The translations under genes were made by a program, and so were the position numbers. Under the pieces are notes generated by a model. The model was given only the letters and a program-made list of their open reading frames with translations, was not told the DNA's origin and did no database searches. Shown here one piece after another: positions 56,441 through 64,000 of a stretch of DNA of 64,000 nucleotides (position 1 is its first letter; each line of letters opens with the position of its first letter). Origin of the DNA: Schmidtea nova (taxonomy: Eukaryota); contig CM097882.1 in NCBI GenBank assembly GCA_044892505.1, positions 216,566,001-216,630,000 on the forward strand, in the 5' to 3' direction.

Positions 56441-57138
56441 AACGAAAACTCGAAATATCATCTCTCAGTGGTTGCATGTGTTGCTTCGGGATGTTCCTCC
56501 CAGTGGTCACTTATGCTTCTTCGGAGAATCTATTGTCGCGTTTCGTTAAGTTCTATCTTTCAAGAACTATGGGCAAATCCTTTCTCTTTAGGACCCTTAT
56601 CATTTCCTTTCTTTCAAGGAATTCGTTTAATCCTCGAGTTTTCCCTTTCACTCGGTTCATCTATTACACCCCTTTATTCTGTTATCTATTCATCGACTTC
56701 TCTACTTGATTTTACTTTATGCGAGCTGATTACGTGCCTTTCATCATATACCACATTTCTCTACTCATCTTACTCATTTCATTGCTTTATCTCTCTCTTT
56801 ACTGATCAGTTTCAACATCCTCTTTTTATAGTTTTTTCTGCGCGCGTCTAAACCTCGTTGAGTTGTCCCTACCTTTCACCCCAACCAAAATATATAAAAA
56901 GATCGCATTGGTCCACTGATGCACGATGTGGTGATCAGTCACATCACAAGAGTTTTCCAATATCCGCGATTGGCCCCTTTCTACACATTTCGGGTAAGTT
57001 GATCAGTTGGTTCCCCCCAATGGGTGCTTATCGGACTACTCGTGAGTAGCTCATAATTACTTAGGTCATTTTTACCAAATCATCTTTAAACCCTCATAAT
57101 TTCAATAACAACTGCACTTGTTCAAAACTTTATTTCTA

Positions 57139-57597
57139 TTACAAGTACACTGCTATTTTCTCGGATACGGGAAGGTTGCACATAGGACATCGTTCATTTA
57201 TTTTACATTCATTACAGAATCGGAAATGCCCACATGGCAACAACATTATCTGTATCTTATTCATTTCACAGATATAACACGTCAGATATTGTCTCGTATG
57301 TTCTGTTGTTATTCTTATCCACTCATCGTGTTTTGTTGTTAACTGTTGTTCTAGCCTGTGGCACTCGATATTCATCTCAGGGTTGTTTAATCTTTCTCTG
57401 TACCATTGATATCGTGTTGCTGTATCCACTGTGTTCTTATTCTCACTTAAGCTCATCATCCTTTCGGCTCTTTCTGTGTTGTTTGTCGGTTCGTGATATT
57501 CTCCTACCTCGAGTCGTTTTAACTTTCTCGTTATTGTCTCCACTGTCTCGTTGTTTGTTTCGAAAAACGTTTGCATTTCTTTTATTTTGTTCTCCAT
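57139..57597 (-). CDS. 152-aa protein with a C-terminal IAP/MDM2-type RING (no BIR), in the element leader
   Basis: CYICEMNKIQIMLLPCGHFRFCNECKINERCPMCNLPVSEKIAVYL-stop. Confidence 0.85.
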   Translation of the reverse strand: MENKIKEMQTFFETNNETVETITRKLKRLEVGEYHEPTNNTERAERMMSLSENKNTVDTATRYQWYRERLNNPEMNIECHRLEQQLTTKHDEWIRITTEHTRQYLTCYICEMNKIQIMLLPCGHFRFCNECKINERCPMCNLPVSEKIAVYL

Positions 57598-58118
57598 CCC
57601 CTGAATGAATTCTCATTAATTTTGTTATCGATTTTTATTTATTATTTATCATTCCTATTCTATGGTAGCCCTACTGTTCGCTTTCTGTTGTTCTGTTTTA
57701 CGTCGTTACTTGCGTATCCCCCCGTGTTCTTGAATGTCGCCCCGACATGATCATTGCTAGTTGCTCACACTCATAACATTTTCATGCGTTCTTTTCATCA
57801 TACTTTTACGTCATGCATACTTTTCATCACTTTTCATACTGTCACTCCACATACTATTCATCCTGCTTCATTCATCCTCATATTTCCACATTCATACTTT
57901 CGTTCTCATGCATACTTTTATCATGCTCATCATTCTCATTATTTTACACTCATACTTTTATTTATTATTTTTCAACCCGATTCATTCTTGCTTCAGGACC
58001 CTCAAACCCTCTATTATTTACTTTACTTTTCCTCGCTAAATTCAATTCCATCCCGGTTCATGCGCTCTAACACTGTCCGCAGATATCGAATTCACTTTTT
58101 CCCACAAAGATCGATTTA

Positions 58119-58136
58119 ATCCCGGCTGAGCCCCCA
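58119..58136 (-). promoter_or_regulatory. Primer-binding site, tRNA-Pro
   Basis: TGGGGGCTCAGCCGGGAT, 16/18 identical to the classical tRNA-Pro PBS TGGGGGCTCGTCCGGGAT; 6 nt from the LTR terminal CA. Confidence 0.88.
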
Positions 58137-58142
58137 ATTTTA

Positions 58143-61100
58143 TGCTGGTGTGTTGGTTAGATTGACAACTGAGATCCTTATGATTTTATACGTTAGGGTG
58201 ATCTCGCCAACATAAAGATATTCCCCCCGCTGACACCCATGATGTATCCCTAACTACTCATCATGTTGGTGCTGTGTCAACGTTGTGAAATGACAAGGCA
58301 GGTGAGCAACCTTACGGCTACTATTCCCTTGTTTATTCACGGGTCCACCACTACCGATAAAAGGTGTCTGTGGCTTTCTTTCGGTCCCACTTATGCTCTT
58401 TCCTTTGCTCTAGGGTAATTTAATCTTAGCGCATCTGCTGTGCTTCATGAATCCGGGCTTTAGTTTTATTCAATTCTCAGACATTCCACAAACAAACAAG
58501 ACAAGTCAACTCATTCATTTTATACATTTATTTATAGTTTAACAATACAGAGGGTCTAATTACATTTAGTAGTTCTTGCTCGGAGAGACCACTGAGCAAG
58601 TCTACCTCTATTCCTACGCGATCTGCATATGCGCGTCTCTCCCTACGTTTTTTCGCTCCCAAGCGATTCCTTCGTTTGGTCCTCTGCGACCCTCGTGGTA
58701 TGGTCGTGGTCATCTCGGTTGCCGTGGTTACGGTTATCTCTTAGTCGGTTTGCGTACTCGTCGTTGCTGATGTCGGAGTTAACCATTTGTTGAAGGTACT
58801 CGTTCTAATCACTGGACGCAATTGCTCAACGATGAAATCCTGGGTCGACACCTTTAAATAATTGGCCAACTCTAACTTCAGGGCTGCGACCTCCCTCGCT
58901 TGTTCATCGATCGTTCGCTCCGCTCTGTATCGGGCCTGTAAGATGGCTTTAACACTCTCAGGATTAAACCACGTTGCCTTAATCCGCTGGTGCTCCTCGT
59001 TCAGTTGTCTCAAGCGACTCTCGAGGACACGAGATCGTGCTCTATGTTCGCGTGCCTCTTGCTTGTACTTTCGAGTGGGATTTTCGTCCATATCTGAGTA
59101 ATATATCATTAACCAGGGTATGTATGCATTGTTGGGTTTCTCAGTCCCTATTTTATTGTTAAACAACTGCACCCTCATCCTTACTCATTCCACATACATC
59201 CAAAACCAAAACAAAACCCTTTTAAATGGATACATATATTTTTAATTCACAACAGATGGTCGCACATTGGAGTGTCGTCCTCGTGATCAATTGTATGGTC
59301 GTAACTCTTGATCGGCCGGGTTCTCGTCTCGGCGAATTCCTGTTTCATGGTATAGTTCGGGGGCTGGATTCCAACTCAGTTTGTTTTGATAAATGAACAC
59401 CTCCCAGAGGCGAAGGTCTTCGGGCTCGGGGTGTTGATCCACGGAAACACTGCCTGGGGCGTTCGGGTAAACGAAGACTTCCCCAGTGTCACCACACCGA
59501 GGCCTGTCTAGCAGCAAATACCCGAGTTGACCGAATGCCTGCCCGGTCATCATTCCGGCGCTGAGTACCCAGCGGGGTTGTTGTGTTTCATCTACAAATT
59601 GATAGAACCATCTTTCGTATCCATCTTTGGTGGGGTTCGGGGAGGGCGTCCATTCGACATCGCCTTCCCACCTCAGCTGTAGTTGGAACGCACAGGCGGG
59701 AATACTTGCCGCTGTGCTCATATGGGTCCTTGTCCATCGACGCAGGTGTCTACGTGCGGAGTTGAAAATTTGTCGTGGGGCCTCCTTCTCTCCTTGGATC
59801 TCAGTAGGTAATTTTGGGGTGATGACGGAGCGGATGCGCCGTTTCCTCCGTAGAATGTACTCCTCTAATTTGACGGTTAGGGGTCCTACCGGCTCCTTCA
59901 TGAGATATTCTGTTTTCATCATGTTGCTCTGAAATGGAATTTTAGGTTAACTGACAGACTCTATCATCGACCATCGATATTTATGTCGATCAACCTACTT
60001 GGTTTATCGTTCTATTAGCCGTAGGCCTTAGTAGCTCGCATATAATTTACTAGACCGTTGGTCGCGATGTTCATGTAGGTGGTGACTTTACTTAGGTGAG
60101 TTGATTCACTCCGCAATTACAGACGGTTTTAGCTACGCAAATTTTGGCTTGTTATTTACAATCAATTTATGTTACATTTAATTTTTCACCGATCCTTTTC
60201 ATTCACTCAACATAGTTCATTTACAGATCATCATCGGCAACTATCAAGGTTCTCGTCACGGGGAAAATTTAGTCATCCCTTAGTCAACTGCTTTATTGAG
60301 GAACACACTAATTTTATCTACTATCGGGTCTGACTTTTCATGCCCTTAGTGGGTTATATGTATATATCTGGCAGCTCATTCGATTCACTACTGCCCCTTG
60401 GTGTTAATGTCTTTCGACCGCGATGTTACGTTTTGTCTATCTCGATTCTCATCGACTTTTGATGTACTAGCACTCCTTGAAGGCATACCCCTTCATCAAG
60501 GTACCTCATGCATATATCTCCCCTTGCGAAATGAACTTTACCTTGCGTTGATTTATGGTCATTAACTGTCACTCGATATCCCGTCATCGTGAAGTATAGC
60601 GTTTATATTAGGCCGTCGCTACCTTGATTTAGTTCATGATCATTAGGTATTACTCGATACCCTATGTGCATCTAATCCCCTCCGCTTACCAAATATTTAG
60701 TAAACTTATGGTCCCGCCGCATCAGTACCTCATAACCGATAAGGTGTGTTGCGCTGAGAGGCCCCGAGAATCCGTCAGGCTGTTAGGCCTCCGGAAAACC
60801 TTATGGATTTTAATATGATTGTAAACAATTATGAGGGTTTAAATAATTAACAATAAAACTCAACCATACTTGTATTTGGCTTCCAATCGGTTTTACAATG
60901 TCTTCCGTAAAAGTGACTGTTGTACTGATTTACCTTCAGTAAAAATGACATTGTCAAATACTGATTTGACTTCAGTATTTATACTCAACCGGTGTTGTTG
61001 GTTAGCCAATCAGCATCGAGTATGTGTGTATGTTTGCTTCATTATTTTTTGTTGCCGGCTTTTTGGTGCCTAACTCAACTCAATGATTTATTTGGTTAAT

Positions 61101-61379
61101 CATGCGGTAAGTTTATTTTTTGTATGATTTAATTTTTATTTGATTTTGTTTTAACTCTTCGGTGACATCCGCCCACGCGCTGTCATATTCCGATTTTATT
61201 TGCTTCGCATGAGTGAGTTATGAAGATTTTTGTTGTTTTTATTAATACTCCATTTCTTTTAGATGTTGCCGCCTATTTTATTACACTTTGGTGTTGGTAA
61301 TTTATTTTGTTGTTATTCTGTTGTAAATTTATTTTATTGATTGTATATTATTTTTAGATGCTGCTCGATTTGGCTGGCC

Positions 61380-61384
<5 letters not shown>
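58143..61384 (-). repeat. 5' LTR (3242 bp), containing the same ORFs as the 3' LTR
   Basis: Direct repeat of 36138-39379; adjacent PBS. Confidence 0.95.

Positions 61385-61430
<46 letters not shown>
61385..61430. repeat. (TA)n tract, right flank of the LTR element; another (TA)n at 61669-61718
   Basis: Perfect dinucleotide runs. Confidence 0.97.
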
Positions 61431-61434
<4 letters not shown>

Positions 61435-61666
61435 TATCAATAATTCCCATAATGGATGACTATAGATCAAAATTTCTTTAAATAAGTACACAATACTTCG
61501 GCACAGCCTTTATCAAGTGTGTATCTAATAAATATACACTTGATAAAGGCTGTGCCGAAATATTGTGTACTTATTTAAAGAAATTTTGATCTATAATCAT
61601 CCATTATGGGAATTATTGATATTAATAATAAAAAAAGATCAAAGGTGAAACAAAAAGATAATTATG

Positions 61667-61668
<2 letters not shown>
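61430..61668. mobile_element. Palindromic fold-back/MITE family, copy 2 (~95-bp arms), between two (TA)n tracts
   Basis: attaatatcaataattcccataatggatgac...gcacagcctttatcaagtgt / acacttgataaaggctgtgc...catccattatgggaattattgatattaat. Confidence 0.85.
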
Positions 61669-61719
<51 letters not shown>

Positions 61720-62910
61720 CTTATATATTTTTTTCAAGACAACAATAAACAGCACAATTAAGCATTATTTTCAATAAAATAACCTTACAAAAATTCAAGA
61801 AGCAATTTTAAGAAGCAATTATACAATTTGATTCAATGATTTATTTGCTTTCTTCAAACATGAATAATAGAATTTATTTTTTATGGGAAGTTAATCCTAA
61901 ATAAGACCATTACAAACTGTATTTGAATATTCGAATGCGTTTGCAAATATGAAAAGTAATTTTTGACTCGAATCGCTCCATTTTCACTCTGAATCACTTT
62001 TATTCATATCAGAGCCGAATCAAATATTTTCATATTCTTCCATTTGACAAACAATATAAATTTTAAGTATTCTTCCGCCCCTTTACATATGACGGCAATT
62101 TTAATTTCCTACTGAAATGATTAATGTCTTCAATAATATTTTAATTGATTAATTAGTTTGTCATTTTCAATTTAATTTGTCTAAAAATTCTCCATCAAAT
62201 CATTATTATTACATTTAATTGAAATTTTTTGTTTGTCATCGGTTTTGCCCTTTTTCCCATGAAATTATTGTATTTTCGATTTTTCATTCTCAAATCTTGT
62301 ATTAATTTTTTGCTCTCTAAAAAATTTCTTTTTGAATGCAAATTAGTTTTTAATATTTATTATGACTTTCATTAGAATATTTTGTGTATTTAAATTTTAT
62401 TTGCACTCATTTGCATAACCCTACATAAAACAATAAATTTATGCCATTTTAAAAATGAGTGGGGTGATTATAAGAATGTATGTAACTATTTAAAATTATT
62501 TTGATATATATTATAACACTTTCTCGTGTTGAAACTTTTGAATTTGACATTGTAAGAACGAATAAAACATCTAAGAAAAATTCTGTTTAAAAAGATTTCT
62601 TTATTCAAAAAATTAAGAAAATAATTTTGAAAATAAAAATACCCATCAAATGCTAATTCTGTTAATTTCTTAATTCCTGAATGTTCAAATACAACTTCTT
62701 GATCAGCTTCAGGTTCGAAGCACACATTGAAATAAAAGGTTTTATTTGAATTTTGAGAAACAATCNNNNNNNNNNNNNNNNNNNNNNNNNNNNNNNNNNN
62801 NNNNNNNNNNNNNNNNNNNNNNNNNNNNNNNNNNNNNNNNNNNNNNNNNNNNNNNNNNNNNNNNNNNNNNNNNNNNNNNNNNNNNNNNNNNNNNNNNNNN
62901 NNNNNNNNAC

Positions 62911-63110
62911 CTTTGATCTTTTTTTATTATCAATATCAATAATTCCCATAATGGATGACTATAGATAAAAATTTCTTTAAAAAAGTACACGATGTTTCGG
63001 CACAGCCTTTATCAAGTGTGTATTTGATAAAGGCTGTGCCGAAACATCGTGTACTTTTTTAAAGAAATTTTGATCTATAGTCATCCATTATGGGAATTAT
63101 TGATATTAAT
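62911..63110. mobile_element. Palindromic fold-back/MITE family, copy 3
   Basis: Same arms with a shortened loop; begins at the gap edge. Confidence 0.85.
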
Positions 63111-63167
63111 TATTATTATTATTTTAATTATTATTATTAAATAATTAATAAATAATAAAATAATAAA

Positions 63168-63285
63168 ATAAGCCTTTGCTGCAAAGTTTAACTAAGAGAA
63201 AATTTTCGATTTTAAAATAATTCTTATTAAGATTTAAAAATAATTGAAAATATTCGTCTAATAAAACTTTGAAGCAAAGGCTTAT
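63168..63285. mobile_element. Small element with 22-bp inverted repeats
   Basis: ataagcctttgctgcaaagttt / aaactttgaagcaaaggcttat (1 mismatch) around a ~75-bp AT-rich spacer. Confidence 0.5.
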
Positions 63286-64000
63286 CATGTTATTTAGTAA
63301 TTATTTAATATTTAATTTATGCTGCTACGAAGAAATCACTATTTTAATATTATTATAATAGTAATTATTATTAAATAAAAATGGAAATTTATTAAAATAA
63401 TTAAGAGAACACCATTTTCTAAAATTTATTTTAGCAATTCATTTCGACTACTCAGCGGTCATCTTCAAGCAACACACATAATCTCATGTGCAAAATCCAA
63501 AAAACTTTAAGTAACAATTAGTTAAAAATTCTCAACATGCACGCATGTATTGCATTTGTTTTTCCATGCTTTATATAAGGTTGCTTTCTATATATATGTG
63601 TGTGCCACAAAAATACAAATCAATTTTTAGTGCTTTTCTCTCAACCGATTCACTTCAAATTTTGCACACTTGCTCACTTCCGGTGACAATACATGGAAAT
63701 TGATAAATTTGACCAAAAAAAGTTAATTAAGTTAACTAAATAACAATTTGAATTTCCCCATACATTTAACAATGGACGAGAGGTAAATGTGTTGGTGTCT
63801 TCAGAGAAATTTTGCGTGTAAATGTAATATAAATTATTGTTCGAATCATCTCAAGTGAAATTTTTTTTTAATTTTTTTAATGCTTTTTTTTGCTTTTTTA
63901 TTTAATTAATTTAACTTTTAATATAAAAATAAATGTTTTGAAAAAAAATTTTTTTTTAAAAATTTTTTTTGAGGACACACGAAAAATGTAATATAATTTT

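Larger units (their letters stand above)
36138..61384 (-). mobile_element. Full-length giant (25.2 kb) Ty3/gypsy LTR retroelement with env-like gene and host-derived cargo
   Basis: Two 3242-bp direct repeats (constant offset 22005) with TG...CA termini; PBS; gag; PR-RT-RH-IN order; envelope glycoprotein. Confidence 0.97.

Overview
AT-rich eukaryotic (animal) genomic DNA with four N-gaps. Composition, short introns, (TA)n tracts and the giant LTR element would fit a planarian flatworm, but the species cannot be determined from the sequence. Layout: (1) 1-19910 is a ~375-390 bp satellite array with higher-order structure, interrupted at 15024-19251 by a decayed fragment of a giant retroelement carrying FN3-like membrane-protein modules, a coiled-coil ORF and an intronless TRAF gene truncated at the start of its MATH domain. 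(2) 19911-36137 is host DNA with four minus-strand exons of a KIF12-like kinesin, MITEs, fused hsp70/RPL18A pseudogene fragments and a decayed Penelope-like element. (3) 36138-61384 is a full-length 25.2-kb minus-strand Ty3/gypsy element with near-identical 3242-bp protein-coding LTRs and a tRNA-Pro PBS, inserted in a (TA)n tract. Its coding region reads as one ~4,650-codon polyprotein broken by one stop and one frameshift: Gag(3xCCHC) - four ubiquitin-like domains - AT-hook - Bcl-2-like domain - chuvirus-type envelope glycoprotein - PR - RT - RNase H - IN - ankyrin repeats - signal peptide + FN3-like module. Accessory ORFs encode an IAP-type RING, a coiled-coil protein and a type I membrane protein. 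The main candidate for a new system is this enveloped, virus-like retroelement lineage carrying an apoptosis/ubiquitin/NF-kB-type host-manipulation toolkit. All domain calls come from manual motif reading, not database searches.
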